A DNA stretch of 64,000 nucleotides. Origin: Octopus sinensis (lineage: Eukaryota). Made by a program: the position numbers and the translations under genes. The notes beneath the pieces are model-generated. The model had not been told where the DNA came from. It was given only the letters and a program-made list of their open reading frames with translations, and did no database searches. Below, in pieces: positions 38,019 to 51,488 of this stretch; position 1 is the stretch's first letter, and each line of letters begins with the position of its first letter. Location of the stretch: assembly GCF_006345805.1 (NCBI RefSeq), contig NC_043012.1:57846001-57910000 (forward strand), read 5' to 3'.

Positions 38019-38895
38019 CAAGGTGCGTTCGAAAGTATCCGACTTTGTTTTTTGTGTTTTCGACAAAACTAATGTCGCATGAGCAAACTCCTTTGGATGG
38101 AAGATAGCGTCATCCTTCCTGCGCACGTGCGAAAATATTCATGCCCATAAGCCGCGTTAATTCCCAGCGGTTGCGCCTAAAGTAAGGCATGTAGTGTTCG
38201 CGTTTGGATTTTTGTTTTCACCGAACGAGCAGAGATATTTCATCAAATCTTGTCAAGAACTTAGTGATACTCCAGCTGGCACCATCCAAAAAACTCAGCA
38301 GTTCTTTGGCGATGATGTCACAAGCAAAACACAGATGAAGGAGTGGTAAAACCGCTTCAAACATGGCCGCACCTTAGTGTTGAGCGAGGCACGTTCAGGG
38401 AAGCCAGCGACAAGTCGTAAGGAGGAGCCGATTGAGAAGGTTCAACGGATGCTCGTAGAAGACTGTCGTGTAACAATCCAAAAAATTGCTCACGATGTGG
38501 GAATAAGAACAGGATTTGCGCATTAAATTTTAGCAGAGGATTTGTGCATGCGGAGAGTGTCGGCGAAATTCGTCCCTAGGGTACTGGCGGAGCAGCAGAA
38601 GGAACCCCGCTTGGAAATCGCTCAGGACATGCTGGACTGCGCAAACCACAATCTCATGAAGACAAGTATCACTTCTGATGAGACATGGGTTTAGGGTATT
38701 TGCTTGATGTGTTGGGTCATCTGCATGAAAATGAAACTCCAACGAGCATGCAGTACATGTCTGTACTCAAGGCACACCAGACGGAAACTGAAGCGGCCTT
38801 CCGGCGCAAAAATTTTCGTGCGTGCGCAGGAAAGGTGGAATCACCTTCCACCCAAAGGATTTTGCTCCCGCGGCGTTATTTTTGGCTGGAAAAAA
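38019..38895 (+). mobile_element. Defective mariner (irritans-like) with long inverted arms
   Basis: TA + caaggtgcgttcgaaagtatccgact left end. 38060-38222 is inverted-similar to about 38725-38890. The 5' half of a transposase lies between. Confidence 0.8.
38224..38694 (+). pseudogene. Mariner transposase N-terminal half (HTH to first catalytic D)
   Basis: One frame with 2 internal stops: NEQRYFIKSCQEL..EW*NRFKHGR..RSGKPATSR..EDLCMRRVSAKFVPRVL..ITSDETWV*. Confidence 0.88.
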
Positions 38896-39100
38896 TACAG
38901 AGGGAGGGAAAAGAGAGAGACAGGATATGATAGAAAGATGCCTTGTTTATGGAGTCTGAGAAGAATCAAATGCAAACTTAACTCCGGCGAGAATTGAACC
39001 TACGGTACTGAGATGGAGAAGACATACCACTAGGCATTCTATCCAGCGCTCTAACGGCTCTGCAAATGAGCCACATATGTATGTATGTATGTATATGTAG

Positions 39101-39208
<108 letters not shown>

Positions 39209-39383
39209 CGTGGTGTGTGTGTGTACATATATGGATATATATATATATATATATATACATATATATATACATACACACATTCATACACATATATGTGCGT
39301 GTATATATATATGTATGTATGTATATAATTTGATTTGCCTATCTGTCTGTTTGTCTTTCTTTCTTTCTTTCTCTCTCTGTATG

Positions 39384-39414
<31 letters not shown>

Positions 39415-40127
39415 ATATTTATATATATAACGATTCGCTATAACACGCTGTCGTAAATACCGTATATAATGTGACAAGTTATGCCGTTTACGCATACCTT
39501 ATCTCAGTGTTTACAAATATACCTGAATAACAATAACAGTAGTAATAGAAGCAACAACAACAACAACAACAACACCAATAATAATAATAACAACAATAGT
39601 ACTACCAAGTACCGATATCTGCCGTACGTACCTATACTATATATCTTTTAAATTCACGCCTACATATTTAATGCACTTACATATGAATTTATAATATTTA
39701 CATACGATATATTATCTCCGTATTATGTGTGGTTGTCGTCACATACGTTATGAACACTTCGACTACATAGGAGTATGGCTCCATTGTATTCAAGTACTGC
39801 AATTGTAGTAAGCTATGTTTTATTCAACCTACACTACGGATCATAATAGTGAAAGCAAATGAAACGTAAATGGTCGTCCGTCGGTTTCGGCAGCGATGAG
39901 TCTACCAATTATCTGATCAGTTGTAGGGAGATTATGTTAATGATTGGATGTGGTTCTTTGTACTCTATCTATTCGGCACGTTTGATCGGATATTCAACCT
40001 GTTTTGGCGAGAGCACGTTTTGGCACTAGAAGCACAAACACGCACACACGCACGTGCATAGCCTTACAGAGATCTACATGAATAGAGAAAGTAACAGAGA
40101 ACGAGATAGGGAGAAACATTATATATA

Positions 40128-40565
40128 ATTGATTATATCAATCCCAGCGCTCAATTGGTACTTAATTTATCGACCCTGAAAGGATGAAAGCAAAGTCGAC
40201 CTCGGTGGAATTTGAACTCAGAACATAAAGGCGGACGAACGACGCTAATCATTTCCCCCAGCGTGTTAACGATTCTGCCAGCTCGCCGCCTTAATAATAA
40301 TGGTTCAACAGTTTTGGTACAAAGCCAGTAAATACAGGGAAAGAGTTAAGTCGATTACATTGATCCTAGTACTCAACTGTTACTTGTCTTATCGACCACG
40401 ATTTGGTCCGTCTTCACGTCCTGAGTTCAAATTCCACCGTGGTCGATTTTGCCTTTCAACCTTTCGCGGTCGATAAATTAAGTACCAGTTGCATAGTGGG
40501 ATCGATCTAATCGACTGGCCCGTTACCCCAAAATTTAGAGCCTTGTGCCTTTAGTACAAAGGATT
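40128..40565. mobile_element. Family A SINE pieces: 40128-40292 (-), partial tail 40300-40400 (-), 40400-40565 (+)
   Basis: Recognisable B-box, gtcgac and ccttgtgcct motifs on both strands. Confidence 0.75.
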
Positions 40566-40578
40566 ATTATTATTATTA

Positions 40579-40627
<49 letters not shown>

Positions 40628-40631
<4 letters not shown>

Positions 40632-40697
40632 TCACTGCTTGGAATCGAACTCGGAATCTTGAGGTTACTAGCCCAGCTCTTAACCACTACGCCATAT
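40628..40697 (-). mobile_element. Isolated tRNA-derived SINE head ending in GACCTG-(AAT)n
   Basis: Minus strand reads atatggcgtagtggttaagagc (A box)..gagttcgattcc (B box)..cagtgacctgaataataat. Confidence 0.75.
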
Positions 40698-40736
40698 AAT
40701 AATAATAATAGTAATAATAATAATAATAATAATAAT

Positions 40737-40767
<31 letters not shown>

Positions 40768-40786
40768 CAACAACAACAACAACAGC

Positions 40787-40826
<40 letters not shown>

Positions 40827-40881
40827 CAACAACAACGACAGCAACAACAACAACAACAACAACAATAATAATAATAATAAT

Positions 40882-41035
40882 AACGTCGAAAAATACCTTA
40901 GAAATGACAACCCAGGTTCGAAATTTCCCCCAAGACACCTGATGAAGTTCGAGAGTATATAAGCCGAAACGTTGTGTTATCAACAAACAAGATGAGGACA
41001 AATATCCGTCGAATGTAAATAATGTAAATAATGTC
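40882..41035 (+). mobile_element. Penelope-type terminal module with minimal hammerhead (about 40934-40978)
   Basis: gacac-CTGATGA-A-(stem II diverged)-GAAA-cg-TT-gtgtt. Same family as 57933-58110 (-) and 58190-58337 (+). Confidence 0.7.
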
Positions 41036-41076
41036 CACCAGATTTCATAGAATTTACTCTTTCCCTTACATAAATG

Positions 41077-41107
<31 letters not shown>

Positions 41108-41527
41108 GTGTGCTTGTGTAACATGATGCGCTGCAAAAAGTAACCCGCTTGCTAGAATCCGTAACCAAAACCCCCTTCAAGCCATAGCCTTACGTTTTAA
41201 ACACGGAAAAGACACATTAGCTATTATTGTCCTACATACGCATAAAATAAAGTGATAGTTACAGCCGGAACCTTTCTTATCATTAGTTTCTCGCATCAGT
41301 TCAGCAACAAATCGTCTCGTTTCTGATAACTATAAAAATGAGAGCTGGAAATAACCATAAATGATTCAGAAATGTACGACTTATATAAATACAGACTTCT
41401 TTTGATCAGACATTATGTTAAAGTTATGCTCCGAAAGATGTTAATGACTCTCTTAAACATATTCCTCCTCTGCCTATGTACAACAGCACTTCAGTACTTT
41501 TGGTTATTATTATCATCATCATCCTCA

Positions 41528-41607
<80 letters not shown>

Positions 41608-41659
41608 TTATTATCATCATCATTATTATTACTGTTAGTTATTATAAATATTTGATATT

Positions 41660-41876
41660 CGCTGGGCGAGCCAGCTGGGTCGCTACTATGGCGGACAAAA
41701 TGCTTAGCGCCATTTGGTCCGATTTTACGTTCTGAGTTCAAATTCCACCGTGGTCGATTTGCCTTTCAATCTTTCGCGGTCGATAAATTAAGTACCAGTT
41801 GCATAGTGGGGTCGATCTAATCGACTGGCCCCCTCCCCCAATATTTCGGGCCTTGTGCCTTTAGTCGAAAGAATAT
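41660..41876 (+). mobile_element. SINE family A ending in (ATT)n
   Basis: Body and tail motifs, followed by a long (ATT)n. Confidence 0.8.
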
Positions 41877-41883
41877 TATTATT

Positions 41884-42013
<130 letters not shown>

Positions 42014-42351
42014 TATCTATGTTTGCCTTTTGCTTTATGTCTGTACAAGTTGGCTCCAAGTTTCACCCAGAGACCTCAAGAGACAACAGGTTGGAAGTTC
42101 TGTGCCATATATTTAGGGGTTTTTTTTTGGTGTTGTACTAGTAAATGTCTAATACATAAAAAAAAAAATAAATAAATAAATTTAAAGAAAGTTTGTTTTA
42201 AAGCTTGGGATTACAGAGAGAGTATTTTGCGATTACATAGAGAGTATATTATTATTATTATTATTATTATTACTTTTTTTTCTTCTTTCAAATTTGCTTC
42301 CATTTCTTGCCGAGTGTCTTCCCGACTCCTAGGGCAAAGAAACTCATAGTA

Positions 42352-42418
<67 letters not shown>

Positions 42419-42852
42419 TTCAATAGCATTTACTTTCGGTTTTATTTCCATTTCTTGCAGATTGTTCATTCACAGAGTCATGTGATAGAGAGAAAAGGAA
42501 AGACAGAGAGAAAAAGGGAAAAAAATAAGAAAATATGTTTCTTTATTAGCCACACAGGGCTGAACACGAAAAGTAAACGAATAAAATAAAGATGAGGGCG
42601 GGGGGGGGTAAAGAAAATTCACAGCGACAATGCTCTTCTCAATACGTGTGACGTCACAGTCAAAACAATCCTTTGCACTTCCTGTATTGATGGTAAGCCA
42701 GGGATCATTCTTCTTCTTATTATCATTATCATTATCATTATTATTATCATCCAGGGATCATTGTTAAATAATTCTCAGTTCCGTTTTCGATCATTGCAAG
42801 CGCTTCTACAATACTGGTATTGTAACCAGGCCTTGTGCCTAGAGTAGAAAAG

Positions 42853-42895
<43 letters not shown>

Positions 42896-42951
42896 TATTA
42901 TTATTATTATTATTATATTATTATTATATTATTATTATCATTATTATTATT

Positions 42952-43477
42952 GAATGAGAGAGCAGAGCATGCTATCAAAGTAACACTAGGGTTATACGAA
43001 GCCCAGTATACACATCATGACTACCTGTCTGATAAGGGTACACTAGGCACATGCATCACAACCATTATGTGCGCGACATGGTGATCTCATATCAAGATAA
43101 ACAGCGCATGACCTCGCAGGTGGGGCCCAGTTAGAGTTTTCTTCTGGTCGAGTAACCCATTCCGCTCAAAAGGTCCCTGAATAAGGATTGTTTAAGGATG
43201 TTGAACAAAACACCAATGTTTCCAGATGTGAATTATTCAAACCCCAAAGAATCCATCTCAACACATGGCTATGATTCTCCCTCACTACTTATGCTCGTGA
43301 TCAGAGATGCACATATCGTCAGGTACTAAAGGACATGCTCAACTGATTATGGTCAAACAACTGACAAGCAAATCTGTGGTATTAAGCAGAATATTTGCTG
43401 TAGCACATCTTTTATACCAAGGCATAACAATGTACATGATAACAATTCCAATCAGTTAAGATCAGAAGCCACGAGAG
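42952..43477 (-). mobile_element. Family E repeat copy
   Basis: Reverse complement of 34690-35214, flanked by (ATT)n and (GTA)n. Confidence 0.85.
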
Positions 43478-43485
43478 TAGTAGTT

Positions 43486-43547
<62 letters not shown>

Positions 43548-43548
<1 letters not shown>

Positions 43549-43742
43549 AGGCGGTAACCTGGCAGAATTGTTAGCGCACCGGGCAAAATACTTAGCGGCA
43601 TTTCGTCCGTCCTTACGTTCTGAGTTCAAACTCCACCGGGGTCGACTATGCAATTCATCATAAATACTAGTTGAGTACTGGGGTCGATGTAATCGACTAC
43701 TCTCCCCCAAATTTTAGGCCTTGTGCTTATAATAGAAAGGAT
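43548..43742 (+). mobile_element. SINE family A ending in (ATT)n
   Basis: aaggcggtaacctggcagaattgttag..gttctgagttcaaac..ggccttgtgcttataatagaaagg(att)n. Confidence 0.8.
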
Positions 43743-43787
43743 TATTATTATTATTATTATTATTTATTATTATTATTATATTATTAA

Positions 43788-43949
<162 letters not shown>

Positions 43950-43978
43950 TATATTATTATTTATTATTATTATTATTA

Positions 43979-44148
<170 letters not shown>

Positions 44149-44183
44149 TATTATCATTATATTATTATTATTATTTTATTATT

Positions 44184-44215
<32 letters not shown>

Positions 44216-44282
44216 GATTATTATTATTATTTTATATTATTATTATTAATATTATATTATTATTATTATTATATTATTATTA

Positions 44283-44319
<37 letters not shown>

Positions 44320-45053
44320 ATTATTATTATTATTATTATTATTTTATTATTATTATTGTTCGGTGAGTGAGCCGAAAAAATGCATAACGGCATGTCTTCC
44401 GATTCTTTACATTCAGAGTTCAAAACCAACCGACTTACACATTCTCCTAAAGATTGCTGGCCTTGTGTCAAAATTAGAAAGACCACAGTGATTTCGCTGA
44501 ATTATTATTTCGCGTGTCGAAAAAAATGCTTAGCGGCATTTCTTCCGCATCCTTATATTCTGAGAACGAATTCCAGCTTTGTAAGCTCTAGTTTTCATTC
44601 TTCTGGTGGTGGTGGTGGTGGGGGGGGTCGATAAAATAAAGTAGCAGTCGAGTACTGGGGTCGCTGTAACCGACCTGCATTCTCCTCTTGTAAATATTGG
44701 CCTTGTACTAAAATGTGAAACCATTATTTTTGCTACAAAACGGAAAGAAACATTAAACGCATTCAAGTATTTCTTCGTGGCCTTTAACAAATTAACTTCA
44801 AATCTAGGTGGGATTAAGTTTGATTATTATCCTTGAAGAGGGAACTTAATATACTGCCGATCAAGTCCTGGGGTTACTTTAAGTCTTTATACTCTTCCTT
44901 TACCGAAATGCTTCGACCTTGTGCTAATATCGGAATCCATTGTTGGTGAGCTGGCAGAATCGTTTGAGCGTCAGAAATAAGTTTTGAGGTTTTTCTTCCG
45001 CTGTGTACGTCCTGTACTTACACACACACACGCATGCATGCACGCATACACAC

Positions 45054-45169
<116 letters not shown>

Positions 45170-45728
45170 TGACATCTTGGGTAAGTGTCTTCTACTATGG
45201 CCTCGGGCCGACCAAGGCTTGTGAGTGAATTTGGTAGACGGAAACTCAAGAATCCCGTTGTATATATATATATATATATATAATATATATATATATATAT
45301 ACACATACGTAAATGCATGTGTTCGCTTTCTCTTGTAAGGAATATGGATGACACAATGACTTCGACTAGTCACAAGGCCTCAAATTTGGTGGAGAGGTGT
45401 AGTACTGGTGCTTTATTTTATAGAACTCCAAAAGGATGACAGGCAAAATCGATCTATGTTGAATTTAATCATTGAACGTAAAATTGGTGAAAACACCGCT
45501 ATGGTCGCTTGCACGATAAGTGACCGATTGTGCAGCCGGGTGGACCTGGTTGTTATACAAAGGCTAGGATAAAATGGAATCGAAACGAGAGAACTGCAAT
45601 GGAATGCTATTACGGAAGCTAGCCTTGCAAAATAGGATACCGTAGAATAATGTTTAAAATTTGGACATATATAAGAATATCTCGAAACGAAACTAAATGA
45701 GATAAAAATCATTTTAACTATAAATACA

Positions 45729-46460
45729 TGGGCCCTGCCCGTATTGAGTTACTCTGCTCTCTTTCTAAAATGGACAAATGTTGAGCTACAGAATTTGGGT
45801 AGAAGAACTAGAAAGCTGCTCACGATGCACAACTCTCTCCACCCTAAAATGATACTGACCGATTCTGCCTACCAAGAAAGAAAAGTGGCAGAGGATTGCT
45901 AAATATAGAAGACCTTGGAGAATATTGCGTTACTGGGCCTGAAAATTTATGTTGTGCAGAGTAAAGAAAGAAAACTATCGGGAGTCCAAAATACCGATAA
46001 AGTAACCGAAGCTGTTGGAGAAATGAAAATGAAAAGGTAGAACAGTCCAGCAAGCAACTGAAAGAAATGGAACTACATGGCCAATTCGAAGTGAAGATCA
46101 CTTGATCTCGTTGACGAACGGGAATTTGAAACGAGAGACAGAAAAGCCAATTGTAGCAGCTCAAGAACAAGCTCTTAGGATAAACCTGATAAAGCAAAGA
46201 TAGACCAAACTAAGTCAGATAGCAAATGTAGAATCAACAGGAAAGGAGACGAAAGTATTATACACGTTTTTAGCGAGTGCAGTATACTAGCAAAAAAAGT
46301 ATATAAACGCTGACTGTCTGGTCAGAAGATTGCACGGGGATGTTAGCTGTGTGTGGTTTCGAAACAAGAAAAAAATGGTAAGAACACGAAGCAGAGGCTG
46401 TAATAGAAAATGAAAATTACAAGATCTTGTGGGATTTTCCCGTAAAGACTAACCATAGAA
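45729..46460 (+). pseudogene. Decayed fragment of a second R4/Dong-like RLE retrotransposon
   Basis: WALPVLSYS..WTNVELQNLGRRTRKLLTMHNSLHPK..RGLLNIED; LHGQF; AAQEQAL; DSKCRI..ESIIHVFSECSILAKK; VIENENYKILWDF. Confidence 0.8.
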
Positions 46461-46509
46461 GATGAGGATGATGATGATGATGATGATGATAATAATAGTA
46501 ATAATAATG

Positions 46510-46544
<35 letters not shown>

Positions 46545-46549
<5 letters not shown>

Positions 46550-46768
46550 TATTGGTTTCAAAATTTTCCACAAGGGCAGCAGTTTTGAGGGAAGGGATGA
46601 GTCGATTATCTCGACATCAGTGTTTAATTGGTACTTATTTTATCGACCTCGAAAGAATGGAATCAAAGTCGACCTCGACGGAATTTGAACGCAGAACGTA
46701 CCAACGGGCGAAATATCGCTAAACGTTTCGTCCAGCGTGCTAACGATTCTGCCACCTCGCCGCCTTTA
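46545..46768 (-). mobile_element. SINE family A
   Basis: Reverse-complement head (gctaacgattctgccacctcgccgcctt) and body. Confidence 0.8.
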
Positions 46769-46816
46769 ATAATAATAATAATTATAATAATCATGATAAT
46801 AATAATAATAATAATG

Positions 46817-46876
<60 letters not shown>

Positions 46877-49800
46877 GAACACCGGGGGACTTTTAAGATG
46901 TAAGAAGGAAAATTCAGAGCTCCGAAACCTATCCACAAACATCGAAAACAAGGACATCCTATGGAGCCAAAGTTTTACTAACAAAGAATTGGACTGTATC
47001 CGAGTAAGTAATACTAATTGAAATTTATTACTATTTTCGAAACGAAATGATGTATTTTGACTCGATATCATCTCCACCTCTAACGCAACACATGTAAACA
47101 TACGTGAAACATCACGACCATCCCCGACTCCAAACACCATGTACAAAGGAACTACGAAGAAATTAAATGCCACCGATACTATTCAACCCAAGAATAACAA
47201 TCGAGCGGTACGTACATTAAACCTACAACAAAAAATGTACGAAAAACTACACGTGCGAAATAATGTGACAACAGAAATAAACGGACCGGTACCCTACGAA
47301 AATGACGACCGTCAAAATAATGGGCGGACGTTGTACCTCATGTCCCGCAAATAAAACCCAAAAGACGTAAATGGACACGTGAGGAATACATTTCTATCTT
47401 ACACGCATACTTCACAGCAGTACTCTACCCAAAAATAAAAATACAACACATACATATAAAATATGGAAGGAAAATAATAGAGATATAGACTTGGATACAG
47501 CAATGAACCCTAATAAATTAGCTAACGTACGAAGATACATTCCCAACACAAAAAATATCAGAAATAGAAATAGAACACCTAAAAGAAAACATACACCAGG
47601 AAAATGTAGATAGAAGCCACACAATAATGCTCAATAATATAAACACTGAAACTGTAAAACACGAAGACAAACGCAACATTCCCAACAAACACGATGTAAA
47701 CAACGAAGGGGAGCCTAATGATTATGATAATATAAAAATAAAATAATCAAAGAACTGAAAACCACAGAGCTCAAAATGGACCACCGACCATACCTCCCAA
47801 GAATCAAAATAAACGAAATAACAACACCTATTATAACAGCATAAACCTAGCCGTCACTGAACTGATAGCCACTGAATCAAAAAAAGTGATATCACTGAGC
47901 TAAATAACCTAATATACGCAGCAGCCACTGCAGCCACAAAAGAAGCTGGATACTCACCCAAACCCGCCCAGACAGGAGTACCACCACCCAAACAAACCCC
48001 GTGGATAAATAACATCCAAAGCAAAATAAAAAAAATTAGAAAAGACCTGTCGATTCTTAATGAAATCAGCAAAAAATCAACGCTACTGAGCAACAAAAAG
48101 AGAACAAAAATACTCCGCAAATATAACATCACAGAGAAAGATTTGCCTGAAATAAAAGAAAAGCTGAAGCAAGATATCCTTGCCAAAGCACAAAGGATCC
48201 GCCGGTACAAGAAACGCCAACGCTTCTTTCAAGAAAACAAAAAGTTCAACTCCAACCCCAAAAAGTTCTACCAAGAACTTAGCAAAAATAAAATAGAAGT
48301 CACTGCAGCACCAACGGCAGAAGAATTGGAAGAATTCTGGAAAGAAATATGGTCGGCGAACGAACCACCAAAAAAAAAGGAGTATCAAAATAACAAACTC
48401 GGCATCTGAACAACTTTGGACCCCCATAACAACTGAAGAGGTCACCCAGGCACTGCAAAAACTAAGCAACTGGAAGGCACCTGGGCATGACAAGATCCCC
48501 AACTTCTGGTTGAAATATCTAACAGGAATGCACAAAAAGCTGGCTGAAAACTTTAACAACGTACTAGCAGAGCCAGAGACAATGCCTGAATGGCTCACGA
48601 AGGGGAAAACCATCTTAATTCCCAAATCAAATGAAACAGAAAAACCAGAAAACTACAGACCAATAACCTGCCTCCCTACTATGTTCAAGGCATTTACTGC
48701 AGTGATATCACAAAGGCTGAACAAGCACCTGGACGAAAACAAACTGTTCCCAGAAGAACAGAAAGGATGCCGCAAAGGCTCATATGGCTGTAAAGATCAA
48801 CTAATGATTAATAAAGCCATAACTGAAGACAGCCACAGAAAGAAGAAAGGCCTCAGTATGGCCTGGATTGACTACAAAAAGGCGTTTGATAGCATCCCCC
48901 ACACATGGATCCTCGAAACACTAGCCATTAACAAAGTAGCACCAACAATCATAAAATTCATAGAGCACTCTATGAATAAATGGCAAACAGTCCTACACCT
49001 CCAAACAAAAGAGGGACTCATGAAAACCAAAGACATCCCCATTAGAAGAGGAATATTCCAGGGAGACACGCTCTCTCCACTCCTTTTCTGCTTGGCACTG
49101 TCACCTCTATCTGATATGCTAAATAGAACTGGATGCGGATATAAATGTTACGGCAAAACGATCAGCCACCTTTTATATATGGATGACCTAAAACTATACG
49201 CTGCAAATGACAAACAGCTGGAAACACTATTAAAGACAGTTCATGGATTTACCAAAGAAATAGATATGAAATTTGGATTAGAAAAATGCGCCAAAGTAAC
49301 CATGAAAAGAGGAAAAACTAGTTAAGAGTAACAACATCACACTAGATAAAACCAATGAAATAAAAGAATTAGACCAAAGCCAAACTTACAAATACTTAGG
49401 AATCCATGAACTAGATAAGACACAACACACACAAATGAAAGAGAAAATAAAAAAAGAATATTATAGACGAGTTAGATCAATACTAAACACAGAGCTCAAT
49501 GCCAAAAACAAGATAATAGGTATCAACACTTTAGCTGTCCCAGTTATAAGTTACAGCTACAATATCCTTAACTGGACACGAAATGAACTGACCAAAATAG
49601 ATAGGAAAACAAGAAAAATAATGACAGGATCTAGGATGCATCACCCAAAATCTGACATAGAAGACTATATATACAACGTATAGAAGGTGGTAGAGGCCTT
49701 ATACAGCTGGAAAACTACTATAAAATAACCACCATAGGACTGCAAAAATATCTACTTCAGAAGGAAGGAAAACTGATCCAGATAGCGGCAAAACACGAGC

Positions 49801-50848
49801 AAAACAAAAAACTGTTCTCAGTATTTAAGGAAGCTGACAAATACAAACAAGAAATCATACCACCTAATAAACATGAAGAAGAAGAAGATGAAGAAACAAC
49901 AAAAGCTATAAAACAAATGAAATCCAAACTAAAAATAGAACAGCAACGAACCATGATAAAACGATGGCAAGAAAAGCCCCTTCATGGTAAATACTGGACT
50001 AAACTAAACGCAAAAGAAAGAGACAAAGAAAAATCCCAGCAATGGTTGAGAAGCTCAGGACTCAAAGCAGAAACAGAGGGATTTTTAATTGCAGCACAAG
50101 ACCAAAGCCTCCCCACCAGAAATTACCAAAAACATGTAATGAAAAGAAAAATTACAAGTAACTGCAGAATATGTGGAGATGGACAAGAAACAATAAATCA
50201 TATTATCTCAAGCTGCCCAGTCCTGGCTAAGAAGGAATATATTCACAGACATGACAGAGTTGGAACCTACATACATTGGAAGCTATGCCAACATTATGGA
50301 ATAACAACAGAAAAAAGATGTATAGGCACACACCAGAAAAGGTCACAGAAAACGAGAAAGCAACCATACTCTGGGATATGCCGATACACACAGATAGAGA
50401 AATTAAGGCCAACAGACCAGATATAGTTGTCAGAGACCATGAAGAAAAAAAAATGCTTTCTAATTGATGTATCAATACCGGCTGATGACAACGTGTCTCT
50501 AAAAGAAATGGAGAAACTCTCAAAATACAAAGACCTGGAAATAGAGGTAACTAGAATGTGGAATCTGAAAACAGAAACAATTCCTATCATAGTAGGTGCA
50601 TTAGGCATGATAAAAAAATATTCAGACAAATACATAACAAAAACACCAGGACTTACAAACACATATAACATACAGAAAATTGCACTACTAGGCACTGCAC
50701 ACATCCTACGCAGAACACTTTCCATACAATAACCATCAGAGCATCACAACAAATCACAGCACATACCCAAGGCACACAGAGCTGCGCTCGGTAGTGAAGT
50801 GAAAGCACGCTATAAAAACAAAAATAAAACTCCTGAATAATAATAATA
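46877..50848 (+). mobile_element. R4/Dong-clade non-LTR retrotransposon (RT + CCHC + restriction-like endonuclease) inserted in (TAA)n
   Basis: Begins after (AAT)n at 46876 and ends with a ~100-bp 3' UTR + gaataataataata. Single long ORF remnant. Dong elements are known to target TAA repeats. Confidence 0.92.
47770..50732 (+). pseudogene. Frameshifted RT-RLE polyprotein of the R4/Dong element
   Basis: RT motifs NYRPITCL, WIDYKKAFDS, GIFQGDTLSP and YMDD. Zn knuckle CRICGDGQETINHIISSC. Endonuclease RPDIVV..LIDVSIP..KLSKY. About 6 frameshifts. Confidence 0.92.
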
Positions 50849-51344
50849 GTGTTATCATGTACATTGTTTTGTCTTGGTATAAAAAATGGGCTACAGCAAA
50901 TATTCTGCTCAATACCACAGATTTGCTTGTCAGTTGTTTGACCGTAACCAGTTGAGCTTGTCCCTTAATGGCTGACGATATGTGCATCTCTGATCACAAG
51001 CAGAAGTAGTGAGGGAGCATCATAGCCATGTGTTGAGGGGATTATTTGGGGTTTGAATAATTCACCTCTGGAAACATGGGTGGTTCGTTCAACATCCTTA
51101 AACAACACTTATTCAGGGAGCTTTTGAGCGGGATGGGTTACTCGACAAGAAGAAAATTCTAACTGGGCCCCACCTGCAAGATCATGCGCTGTTTATCTTG
51201 GTATTAGATCACCATGTTGCGCGCATATAGTTGTGATGCATGTGCCTGGTGTACCTTTATCAGACGGGTAGTCATGATGGGTATACTGGGCTTCATATAA
51301 TTTACCCCAGTGTTACTTTGATGGAATGCACTGCTCTCTCACTC

Positions 51345-51410
<66 letters not shown>

Positions 51411-51488
51411 GGTAGTCATGATGAGCATATTGGGCTACGTATATTTTACCCCAGTTTCACTTTAATGATATGCACTGTTCTTTCACTC
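50849..51488 (+). mobile_element. 5'-truncated family E copy (50849-51344) plus a duplicated 3' end (51411-51488)
   Basis: Homology to 34715-35214. Both pieces end ..cactc followed by AAT repeats. Confidence 0.85.

Noticed and set aside
40628-40697. Possible tRNA gene (also at 1935-2006 and 54283-54350)
   Set aside because: A/B boxes are present, but there is no clean cloverleaf or acceptor stem and each runs into repeat sequence. These are SINE heads.
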